This document shows, piece by piece, positions 22,143 to 33,989 of a stretch of DNA of 64,000 nucleotides. The number at the start of each line of letters is the position of its first letter. Within the stretch, counting starts at the first letter, position 1. Under the pieces are notes generated by a model. The model saw only the letters and a list, made by a program, of their open reading frames with translations. It ran no database searches and was not told the DNA's origin. The stretch is from Penicillus capitatus (Eukaryota > Plantae > Chlorophyta), in contig OZ287695.1 in NCBI GenBank assembly GCA_965649825.1, forward strand, positions 1,849,288 through 1,913,287, written 5' to 3'. The position numbers and the translations under genes are program-made.

Positions 22143-24956
22143 ATGTCCGACCCGACGCAACAGGCACCGACTGCCAAGGAATTGTCGAAGTCCTTGACCG
22201 CGCAGCAAGATGACGGATTGGATATCGTGTTTCCGACCATCGACTTGCAGCGAGAGCCCATGGAGATAACCTATGGACACGCGTCAGATGGCGACGAATA
22301 CGGGTCCAACGGCAGAGGCGGGAGAAGAATACCCCATCCAACGCGACCGGACACATCAGCCGGTCTTGAGGCGATCGCATTGGTCGATGCCGAAATGGGG
22401 CGATTGCCTTTTGAATCGGAACTTGATTATTCGGAGATGCTAGTGCCAGAAGGGTTCTCTAGCCAGAATCAGCAATTCTTTAAGCGGAAGCGCATACCCG
22501 ACGATCTGCCCCATGGACATCCGGAGTGCCTTCGAGGAAAAGCTTTTGTGATTTCGGGGTTCTTACCAAATCTAACACATGTGATGGCAGAAGAGATCAT
22601 CCGAGCACACGGTGGACGCGTCGTGTCAGCCGTCGGACGGAATACCACTTTTCTGCTGGTTGGCCAAAATGCCATGCGATCGAAGTGTGAAAAAGTAAGT
22701 GGGTGACATAAGGGCAATGTCAATTGCTAAGAGTGGACAAAGGCGCGGAAATTTGGGATGAAGCTGATCGACGAGAAGTGCCTGTATCAACTCATCCGAG
22801 CAGCAAATGTCTCTAAACTGACGACGCCGTTGCACGATCCGATCCGACCGACGATAGACGTGGTGTCATCTGCTGAGAAGCAGCGTCTTCCACCAACCAC
22901 GCAGCCCAATTTCGGTTCGGTTCTGTCTTTATGGTCTCCACTCCGTTTGATTTTTGGTTGCGTGTGCAGACGATCCTTTGGGTCAACGACTCTGGACAGA
23001 CAAGTATCGACCTCAGTCGTTGTCGAATCTTGCGGGGAGTCCAGTCGCTTTGAAGTCGTTACAGGACTGGCTCGAGATGTGGTTCAATCGTCAAAGCATG
23101 AGCGAAGCGGTTAAGAAAATCACGCCAAAAGAAGAAAAAAGTTTCAAGAGAGCTGCTTTACTAACGGGACCTCCTGGATCCGGAAAAACAACAGCTGCCT
23201 TTGCCATTTCCAGGTGACCACCGATGCAGGAGACCCAAGAAAGAACAATGGTTCAACAGGAATGCCGGATTCGAACCCGTCTCTCTCTACTTCCACGACG
23301 CCGAGAGTGGAGAAGAGCAGCGAAGAGGCAATCGGGTCTCGTCTGAAGCAGATCCCACATTGATCATGCTTGTGTGTCAAAATCGTACCATCTCGTGGAG
23401 TGGAAAGGAGAAGAAAAGAAGGGTTCTCATTGTTGATGGCGTCGATGGGTATTCAGGTAATGCATCCCGTTCTTAAGCGTTGCCGTACAGTTTCGTTGCA
23501 GCGAGTGACGCAAACAGACTGACTAATTTGATCGCTGCTATCAAGGTGACCCGTATCCCCGTTATCTGTATTGCAGGCGATGACCGAGATCCTCGTCTAT
23601 CACCCCTAAATCCCTACTGCGTCTGTATGCATTTCAGACCTTATGCACGAACGTCAGCGAGAGATCCTATCTTGGAAGCCTGTTCCAAGGAAGAGAGGTG
23701 CATCAGTGATAAGGTCTTGGGCATTCTGACCGACATGTCTGGCGGAGATATCACTGCCATGCTCACTGGGCTCCAGACCATCAACATCATATCCACCAAT
23801 ACTCAATATAGAGATATCAAGGAGTATGCCTCTATTGTCCAGAAATCTGGCTGCACCTCTGTTTGCGAAGCCATCGATGACTTGCTGTCGCCCAACACCA
23901 GTATGCGAAAGTGGCAGAATTTGGGAGACGGCGTGTCGAGAGATCTAGATCTCGCTGTGATGCTGCTGCAGGAGAAATACATCGATCACATGCCAGATGA
24001 CAGTGTGGATGATCGTGATCAGATAAAGGCTGTGGCTAGAGCCGCCAGATGTCTTTCTCTGGCTGAAAGGATGTGTACAGTGATGCGAAGAGAGGCCAAA
24101 TGGAGTCTGCTGTCATCGGCAGTGGACATTGCAGTGCTCGGACCGGCAGCCATCATGAGAGGATGCTGCACAACGTTTTATGCTCAAGGAAGGAATTCTG
24201 CGAAGTTTCTTCCTTACTATGAGAACGCGGCTGTCCGGGAGAGAAACCAACGCATGCTCAGGTCCACAGCGACGAAGTTTGCGGCTGTCAGCGACTACAG
24301 CGTCGACGAGGAGGCACTGATTTTGGATTGCTTTCCGCTGCTGCGACTGCTTTTGACAACGCCGCTCATTTACGGAAGATTCTCCGGTGTCTCAAACGTG
24401 CTGTCCGTTACCGGACGCTATCATCTTGACAAGTGAGAATGCCTTTTCGTGTGATGAATACTGGCATTATGAGGTGTGCTTTCTCAGGGAGCACTATGAC
24501 TATGTCCTGAATTCGATGCAGTTCGAGGGAGAAGGCTTTTGGGCTCATCACCCTTCTATGAAGATCGAACGAAATGTACGGGCTGTTTTTACTCGGAACA
24601 ACAACTCATGGCAGAAGGCACATCCATCCGTGGTCACGAGCGTGCAGCACGACAAGAAGAAAGCTCTGGCTTTTCTGGAAGACTCGCTGACGATGAATCC
24701 TGACTCCAGTATCATTCGAGATGTTGTCCGAGAGGAAGAAAGACAAAGCGACGAAGATGAGGACGACGATGTCTTTGTGCTTCGAAGACGAATAAGAACG
24801 GGTTCAAACAGAACCAGGTTCCGAAGGGACCTCGAGGTCATGCCAATCATACTGCCAGATGTGAAGTGTGTCACCGTTACAGAATCCGCAATGTTAGAAG
24901 AACAAGACATGGAATTGAATGAAGAGACAGACTGCGTTTCTGAAAACACTGTTTAG
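22143..24956 (+). CDS. RFC1: Divergent replication factor C subunit 1 (RFC1)-like protein: BRCT + AAA+ + RFC1 C-domain
   Basis: PECLRGKAFVISG...HGGRVVSAVGRNTT (BRCT), LWTDKYRP, LLTGPPGSGKTT (Walker A), LIVDGVDG (altered Walker B), IPVICI. Five ~45-55 nt GT-AG introns join the ORFs. Confidence 0.85.
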
Positions 24957-26014
24957 TGGTTGTCGCTATTAAGCGTCTCTCTGTCTGATGACGCCATCCG
25001 CTACATCTCCGATCCATTGCCAACTGGAATCAGCAAGAGCCCCCAAGTTCTGCGAATGACGATGATCACATCAACGGAGTATGGGACAGACGATTGACGG
25101 AAAGAAAGCGACGATTTCCTGTCATCGTATGCAGATGAAATGGCCGCTTCTTCGCTGTCTCCCCGTCCTCCGAACCATCGAGTGTGTCAAAAGCCTCCAG
25201 GTTGTTTCTTGTGCAGGCGATGAGTGACACCACTTGTTTTAACGATGAGGAAAAAGACGAGTGTTGTATATGCAAACGTTTCTTGCGCTTCCTGAAGTCC
25301 TTTTTCTTGATGCATGGACACATATTCAACTATTTTTCATGGAATCGCCTGCACCAGATTTTCACTGGATCGTTGAACACTCGCAGCCTCACTCCTTTGA
25401 AGACCATCCATGCATCATCTTAATCAATCTCTGTCCAGAAGAAGAGACAGACGAGTGGGAGTTGTGCCCTATTGGAGAATCCCCAACGAATGTCATCATG
25501 GAATCGCCGACAGTTAAGAGAGGTTTGCCTCGTTCTTCAGCGTTTCAATTCTCCGTCTCCTCGATGATCAACAAAAGCTTGTGCTGTACTTTACGATGGA
25601 AGCAGAAACTTGCAACGCGTTTCCTGGAAGACAACAGCATCGTTTGAGTACATAACGACGAGGACACCGCTACATTGTTCGAGATACTCAGTTGTAGATT
25701 CAGAAGTTTGAACAAATCCGGATGGTTGTTGATCGCGACGACCTCGCACAATGCTCATTGATGCATTGGAGGAAGTCGGTTGCTTGCATCTGTTTCGTCG
25801 ACACAGAACTCTGAGGGAGGCACTAAAGTGTGATCTAGACGCAGAAAACCGGGTGAGCAGTTCCCTTTTCCGTTCTTGGAATTGCGTCTCGATTTGTCGC
25901 CGAGAATCTAACCGGCGGAGAAGATGACATTCTTCAGTAGAAGCTTCTTTATGGATGCTCATTAAGGAGAAGCCCATCGGCGACAACAAACACTTGCAGC
26001 GGAATTTCAGAATC

Positions 26015-26225
26015 ATGACGTCTGCGGCAGTAAACGCACTGGGTCAGAAATTGTTCCTGGAATGGCGCAAAGAGCATCCGACCGAGAGCATCATCTTTTC
26101 TCCGTTTGCCGCTGCTGCGACACTCTGTTTGATCCGCGATGAACAACTGTCTGTTTCCAGTCTGCGATGCCACACATTCACGATGATGGTGGCGACTGCA
26201 CGTCCATTGGAGACGCGACAATACG
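26015..26225 (+). pseudogene. Serpin-like N-terminal fragment
   Basis: AVNALGQKLFLEWRKEHPTESIIFSPFAAAATL resembles serpin helix A/strand s6B/helix B; no continuous downstream serpin could be assembled. Confidence 0.35.
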
Positions 26226-27149
26226 ACTGCGCCTCATGTCCTGTCGGCCAGAGTGATCCAATGAGAGAAAACTTGACTTTTAGAAAACGGTCTTTTACGC
26301 ATAGGTTCGAAAGCAATTGATGTGTTGCCAAATATATAAGTGCTGAACATTCGAACTCGCCATCATCTGTTCGATCGTCTGAAGACAGGATATGCTTAGT
26401 CGAGTTCGATGATTATGACTTTACAGTACATGTCCGGCAGCAAACGAAACATGTTCTCAGGCAAGAATCAAGTGTGATGGCAATCTTGTAAACACATTGT
26501 TTGATTCACATTGTCATCCGCTTTCATGAAGCACAGATCACACGTTGTCTCTGTCTTCAGGGATTAAAAGTATCCGGGATGTTGGCTGATGTCCGTCACC
26601 ATCGTTTGCAAGCTGACCCTCTTCAATAGGACCACGTGCTCCGTCGATTTCTCGATCCATGCTGACATACTCTGTGCGCACCCATGATATCAAGAACACG
26701 AGAGAAGCGGTTCCCACAGAAGAGATTCTTGGGGATAGATCTCTCGACGATAGGAAAAACTCATGTCTCCAGTCAGGCAATGAACGACATCCACTTTCTT
26801 CCCGTATTCGTCATGCATTTGATGTACTTCAATAGTTCGTATGTGCCGCAACAGGACGCACTCGAAGTGCTTCGACTGATATCGCTGATCTGCATCGTTC
26901 CCATCGAGCATTCCTCTCCTCCAGCCATATCCTCCAGAGATCAGCAAGAAACTCCAAAAAAGTTCAATGCTAGCAGCCAACTCTCTGCTATCAATGTCTT
27001 TGACTCTCCCAGAGCAGAGATCGGTAAGAATATGAATCCACAGAGAAGAAGGACACTCTCTCCAGCCACAGACGGTCGTCAAGAATGATCCATTGCCACC
27101 TCCATGCTGTTGATAGCTGCAGCGATCACTCGTCTGTGACGTCAAAGGA

Positions 27150-28250
27150 TCAGACTAACAGTACAAATGAAAGAATTCTTACTTTTTGGTTACGTGCATT
27201 CAGTGCAACCTGGGCAGAGCTTCGGCGATTTGGTTTTGAGATGGAATCGTAGTGGTACAAGTCTCCGTGGGTGAGTTGACCAGATCGTCTCTGAAGGAGC
27301 GGGGACTCAGATCCGGCGCTTCGCGGACATGCAATGAGGGGTCCAGAGCAAAAAAGGACCAGAAAACAAAAAAGGACAGAAAACAAAGATAGAAACACAA
27401 TGAAATGCAAACAACAAGAAGCAAATCACAATAACAGGAAACAGCAGCAAAGAAAGGAAGACACAGACAAAAATACATGCGTCACATAGGCTAAAACACA
27501 GAAAGAATAACAGGTACTGAGCTAGGGAAAGATGCCAAACAGCAAGACAAAGAAAGCAGGAATTCAGGCACGGGAAACAGCAGGCAGACACAATCAAGAC
27601 ACAGATAAAAAAGTTAAATGAAAAAACAGAGCAAGGCAAGGGCATACAGTAAGAAAGAAATCGGCCTGATTGGAAAAAAATAACAGAACAGTCGAAAAAA
27701 GAAGAAAGACATGCAGAAAGAAGGCGACAGAGACTGTGACAGTCACAGAACAGGAAAGGGGGATGAGAAAAGAGAAAAACACACAGAATCTGTCGCCCAG
27801 ACGAGAGAGAACGAGCACCCAGGGATAGAGAAGAGAAAATGGCACAGAAAAGACGGCCTGGGTGCCGATCCGAGATCCGCTTACCAGCAGAGGGTAGATC
27901 GGCCACACTCGGTTCCGTCGATGGCCCGTCCTCCCTCCTCATACCTCGCCAGCGCCCATCCATCCTCCCTAATGCTTCTGCCCAGGTGCATGATCTTCCA
28001 CTGAAGTCTTCAGCGGCTGCCGGTGTGAGATCTCTGCCACCAAATCCTTGGCAGGTGCATTCTCAGTCAATCCCTTATCTGCAGGCAAAACACTCAGGCC
28101 GTTTCATGGAGGAGGAAGATAGCTCACTTGTGTCAAGGGGATTCTCTCAAATCAATATTAGAGAGCATCTGTGGCCACACGTCGCAGAACAGCCGCATGG
28201 GAATGGAGACGGGTTCCCATGGTGACTGAGCCAAGTCTCCCCGACATCAG
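27150..28250 (-). mobile_element. 5'-truncated extra 3' end of the LINE family, in tandem with LINE-A
   Basis: A-rich (+ strand) block 27330-27870 bounded by CTCAGATCCG..GCGGACA and GAAAAGACGGCC..GG.TGCCGATCCGAG, the same boundary motifs as 28250-28640. Sequence at ~27950-27975 matches ~28725-28750. Confidence 0.55.
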
Positions 28251-30843
28251 CCCTCAGATCCGACGCGCTGCGCGGACATATAGGCAAGGTGGTCCAAAAA
28301 GGGACCGAGAACACAAGGACAGAGAGAAGGGAATCAGGAAAAAATAAGACAGGTTAGAAAAAACACAAATCAGACTTCAAAACATAATAACATGCAGGCA
28401 AGTAGAATAGACAGGCAGGCAAAGCAGGAGGGAAATGAAAAGTGGAAAAGACATGCAAAAGGGGACGACAGAACGATGATGGGTCACACAAAAACAGAAA
28501 TACAAACACACAAACGGCATGGAAAAAAAGAACACACAAACGGCAATCATTGTTCCATCGCCCAGAACGAGAAGACGGGCATCCGGGGAAGAAGGAAGCA
28601 AAAAGGTAACAGAAAAGACGGCCCCGGATGCCGATCCGAGGACCTCAGACCAGAAATCCCCGACCTGATCACTTGGCTGTCTGGGCACTCCTATTTATGG
28701 AGTGCTGTGCGCCAGCTCTCTCCTCCCTGCCGCCCAACCATCCTCCCAAAATGCGGCAGCCGCTGTCGGTTGTGATCCAAATGGCAGCTGATCAACGCGT
28801 CGTGGAAGCTTGACATCTTTCGCCTGCCGCTGGATGAGTGTCTTCTCTGGAAAGCCCCGTTGTCCCTTGATCTTATCTGGGCGATGTACCAATCGGTCGA
28901 TGTCCAGCAGCTCAAAGGAGTGTCATTTTCTTTCTTCGGCAATAAGTGATGTTGCTGCCTCTGCCAACGAATCTTGGACCTGGTGTGCCTTCTTTCGGGC
29001 AACTCCTCTGTCCTTTCCCCTCTGTACTTGGCTGTCATCTTCCTGTGCTTCCTAGAAAAATAACCTTAGACATGAGTACGGATGTGAGGACTCTCTGCCT
29101 AAAGGGATTCGTCGACGTGTGGCTGCACATATTTTCCATCTTGGCACCATTCTGGTATTGCCAACTGAGAATTGAACCAGCAGCCATCGACTCTTCTCGC
29201 TGTCCGCAGCAAACCGACTCCATCTTGTTGGCTGTCTCCTCTCTGGCAGTCTCTCCAATCTGGGGCTTTCTAGGACGTTTGTCGGGTCGCTGGGATGTTG
29301 TTCTGTGATGCTGCCTTCACGCTGCGCTTCTCATGTATGCAGCCTGTTCTGGTCTGTACTGAGCAAATGCCTGAATGATGTAATAACAGCTCGAACAAGT
29401 GAGCCCATCAGTCGTTCACTTCTGTTTCAAAGCTAACAAACACATCTTCTCGTTAGTGATTGACATGGTCCTGCCGTGGAGTCCTTACTTGATGGGCTAG
29501 GCACATAATTGTTGCCTCCTCTCGCATCACATCTCTCGAGGTCCTCTTTCGCTGACGTTGGACACAATGTAGACTGCTTCTGGATTCCTTTGACCCAGAG
29601 CTAGACAGAAGGCTTGTCTTGATGCGAACTGCAAAAGCGGTACAGATGCAGATGACGGTGATCCTTAGTCTCTGGTCCCTTCGCGACGACAAATGTGATC
29701 GAGCCAATCCGGTCCATTTTCCACTTTCACTCAAGTCTGTAAGTTAGAGGAGTGTCGTTTAATGTGCAACAAACGCGGGACATACCTGAGAGTGAATGGA
29801 TGGATAAAGTGCTTGCTTCCTGCAGCGAGCCTCTTGATCCCTAAAGCGGATCGTGACATCTCAAAGTGTAGATGGTCTAGGTGGCATCAGACCATTTCCC
29901 TGAAGTAAGAATTCGCTTCGAATCGGATGATCTGCAGCCAATGGTGATCGTACCTCTGTTCGAATGGATCGCCAGACAAAGGTTTCGCGATGTGCTAACC
30001 TCTAATCCTTCGGCATCCTACTCTGGTTGTTGACCCAGCTGGGAATAGAAGGTTATCTTCCAGTCCCCGCGTTTTTCAGCCTCCCTTCTGCAAAGATGAT
30101 ACCCACACACGTCGGCTTCATCTCCCAGTAATGCAACATGCATTATGCGTGGTTCGTCTTCGCCCTCGGCAAAGGATAAATGGCTTTGATCGTCCAGGAG
30201 CATCTTTCCAGGTCTCTCTCTTTCTGATTCTTCAAATTTGCAGGCCAGTCATGCACCAGGCTTCTCTCGGGCTCGGAATCCCTGGCATCCGATGTTCTTA
30301 ATTTCATATCTCAGACCCGCTATCACCTCATCTTTTTTCACAAGTGTGAGATGGGCGGGTGGGATCTTCGTAGTGTCAAGCGCGTACTCTAACAACGCCT
30401 TGCTCGCCTACAGATCCAAGATTTCTTCTCCTCGCATGCGTGCAAGTGCAAATTCCTTCGGCATTGCTACTGCAACACCTGTTTAGACAATTAGCATGTA
30501 CATCGAGAGAAGTCTGAGCTTACTGCGATACTCAGTTATAGAAGACCTTTCGGACAAGTCGACTGCTTCTCATCGATATGTTATCGACGCCACAAAACTG
30601 TCCGATTCGGCACAGTTTGTTTGCACACGAATTCCAGACAAATGGAGCCTTCAGGGTTCGTGGTCGAACCCTTAAAGGTACAGCAACAGATGCTGGCTGG
30701 ACTGCGGTATCTTCAAGCCGCCAAATGCTTCATCTTTACAGTCGGCCCGATGACTCTCGAGACGATCCAGAGTCTGCAGAGAACTGAGTCCGTCCGCTGA
30801 AGAAACTGTATTCGATGCCTTCGTGTGACGCTTTCGTACATCA

Positions 30844-31147
30844 CTCCTGGTTGGTCCCCAGCTGCCGGGGCAGTCAGTCTGCTCCTGGTTGGTCCCCAGC
30901 TGCCGGGGCAGTCAGTCTGCTCCTGGTTGGTCCCCAGCTGCCGGGGCAGTCAGTCTGCTCCTGGTTGGTCCCCAGCTGCCGGGGCAGTCAGTCTGCTCCT
31001 GGTTGGTCCCCAGCTGCCGGGGCAGTCAGTCTGCTCCTGGTTGGTCCCCAGCTGCCGGGGCAGTCAGTCTGCTCCTGGTTGGTCCCCAGCTGCCGGGGCA
31101 GTCAGTCTGCTCCTGGTTGGTCCCCAGCTGCCGGGGCAGTCAGTCTG
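30844..31147. repeat. Perfect minisatellite, 8 x 38 bp (CTCCTGGTTGGTCCCCAGCTGCCGGGGCAGTCAGTCTG)
   Basis: Eight identical head-to-tail copies with no spacers. Confidence 0.98.
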
Positions 31148-33381
31148 ACTTGGTTTTGCATTTCCTAGACAAGCAAAGGATCGTTCAGATGGTACATGCC
31201 ATGCAGAATGACTCTTTTACCTCCATGTTTCACGTGTTCTTGACCGAATCCGTTGATCTGAAGTCCTTGCTCTATCGCGAATGAGTTGCACTGGCGTCTT
31301 GATTGGTGCTATCTCTGTGTAGTTTGGAACATAAATCAGTATTCGGAAAGCAACAAGTCTTACTGTAGTTTTCGTTTGATGATTTTCAATCAGTGGTTTT
31401 CATGTTCGTCTCTCCAGCAGCAGACTGTAAGTGCCAGGTTAGGGTTCTGTTCCAAAGACCTTCTCTGTACGGGTGTCAAGGTCACTAGCCACGAACACTC
31501 TCTAATCGACACGTCTAATTAGCCGTCTTCTGGCCACTCCTGCGTGCTTGGCCACTCCAATTCCCGTGTTTCCACTCAAAAACAAGAGACAATGAGGCTG
31601 GTCTGAACTCCTCATATGAGACATCGATGAGATTCCGGCTTTAAGCCGCACTGCGCAAAATGTCAGGTGGTCGTCTTTCCTCGTGAACAAATGCTGAAAA
31701 CACAACAAGGGCATAGATTTCGATCAAACCAAGAAAGAGTGACTGACCTTGCCTACTTACTGCATTGGATGATACCGCACAGCACTTCGTCGATGCTCCC
31801 TCAACACTGATCGGTCTTGGGTCTTGCTCCTCAAAAGCGACACCTAGGACAAAAGGCTCAGCAGAGAAGAAAGATTCCTTGCAGAAGCACGTGCAAAATG
31901 ACTTGCAACAATGATTCCAACCAAAAGCACTCCCGAATGGCCACTCTTCTAGTAGTGTATTCTCTCAGCGATTCTCGCTCCCATTGCTCGCACTTGGATG
32001 CCTGTGTCTTGCAGAAAACGGCTGACTGGGATGCAGTGTCCAGCCCGCGTTTCGCCCTCGATCTGATCCTCCTCTCTGTAGAATGTGGAAACATGTCTGG
32101 GAATCCATCGAGCAGTAGGTCATTTCATGTCTCTTCTCCTAGAAGAGAAAAGTAGGTCTCCAGAGTGAAACTGACTGGAAAGCAAACCGTGAGTACGAAT
32201 AGGGGTTCTGCAGGAATGATCCATAATCTTTGATCGCTTTACTCTCTTCTCGCATAAATAAAGAGCTTCAACACAATGACACTCACTCATTCGTCCCTAA
32301 TCTGACAGGTAAGTTTATCCCAGATCATGAACCAGCCATCTCACCTCACAGAATGTGATATGCATACGCAAATCTCGTGTTCTTCATGAGACTAAGGCGA
32401 AGCTTGGACAGATGAGGTGCTGATCGATCATTCTTCATTCTGTTGGTCCTTCCGTCTCCCTTCCTTCTGCTGTCCATTTCTCAATTCTCATACTTTGATG
32501 ACAGAATTCCATCGTCTGAAGATACATTCAGCATCAGCTTTGAGCGTGGAATGCACGGGCTTACTGATTGTGGCTCTGTAGATTGCATTCATATTATACG
32601 GCATCAGTTGGTTCATGCATTGAGAGGCCTCCCCGGGATGCAGGATTTCTGCTTTTACTGCTGACCTGTTGTATAACCATTCATCGTTTAGAAGTTCAGT
32701 AGAGGAGAGTTTACCATGTAGTCGGTCGGCAGGCAATAAATGGTACTGAATTTGTCGCTCCATATGGGCTCCTTGTCTCTCCGATCCATTGGTAATGAAG
32801 TTCTTCCAGTATCCCTGGCTCCAAAGTTGTTCCAGCAACCCAGTTTGGTAGAACTCGCCGTTGCAGCCGAAATCAAACTTAAGCTGGCTGATCCAAAGTT
32901 AGACTCCCTTTCTTGATCGATTTGTGCTGACATCTTTCAGGTCTCCAGATTCAAAAACCGCTTCAATTGGCCCAGAAAACAGCAGACGACGTAAAAACAG
33001 CCGTAACTAACAGTTAGAGCACAACCATTCAACACTGCCAAACCACAACAAAGCGGAGGTGGATGGCAAACTATAGACACGAAAAAACAGAATGATGTGA
33101 ACGCCCCCTATTATTGTTTTGTTTTTGTTTTGTTTTTTTGATTTTTTTTGATTTTTATTTTTTTGATTTTTATTCATTTTATTCAACTCACACTCTGGAA
33201 AAAATGTGAGGTATATGCTAAAAATAAAAATTTTTGTTTTTTCTTTTCTGATTTTATCACCCCTAAACATGCCATCCAAAAAGTGAGAAATGCGCGAAAA
33301 CTAAAAATTTTTCTTTTCTTTTAAAGTTTTCCTTCCATCCTCCAAAAAACAGCTCCAAGAAAAAGGGAAGGTCGATCGTCT

Positions 33382-33989
33382 TCATTGCTGCCAATCTGAG
33401 ATGAAGACCTACACAAAGCACATATAGGAGAAGAGAGTCTACAAAAAAATATACTTACACATTCCCCGGAGAAAAAGCAGGTCCGTGGCGGAATGGCAGG
33501 TAGAGGGGAGCGGAAAGAGAAGAGATACGGGCGTGGTGGGATGGCAGGTGGATGGGAAGGGACGGAATAAAGGAAGGGACGGGGAGGAAAAAATGGGTGA
33601 CGGAGGGAATAGCGAAAGGGGCGTGGGGGAATGGGTGGACGGGAGGAGGGGATGGAAAGGAGAAAAGGGCGTGGGGGGATGGGAGGTGGGGGACTTGCGG
33701 GAATGCAGTATACCTGGGGACGCTGAGGGAAAAGATGATGTGAGGGAGGAGAGGGAGAGGGAGAGGTGGACATGGAATCTGAGGAGGGAGAGGGGGAAGA
33801 CGGAGCCTGAAAGCAGAAGGACGCCACGGACGGAGCCGGGGACCCCTCGACAAAGGAAAAGGACTGAACTGGGGACCCTTGTGGTGCGGCCATCGAAGGC
33901 GAGGACCCCACGGACCCTGCTAGGGACGGTGAGGAAGCCAGAGACGGAGCGAGAGATGGTAAGGACGCCGGAGAGTCGGAAGAAGCCAT
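33382..33989 (-). CDS. Ser/Pro-rich protein with 5 tandem PxIPPRP(F/Y)xxS repeats, in the ORF1 position of LINE-A; intron 33458-33409
   Basis: ORF MASSDSPAS...FFSGEC, GTAAGT donor, TGTAG acceptor, terminal exon VFISDWQQ*. Homologous to the 49229-50452 gene, with mostly synonymous differences. Confidence 0.72.

Noticed and set aside
27307-28775. Lys/Arg-rich (+) or Phe/Leu/Cys-rich (-) ORFs in the A-rich blocks, also 43816-44246
   Set aside because: Compositional artefacts; not conserved at protein level among the three homologous blocks.
30844-31147. 38-bp repeat with an internal palindrome as a CRISPR array
   Set aside because: Units are directly adjacent with no spacers, no cas genes are nearby, and the context is eukaryotic; it is a minisatellite.
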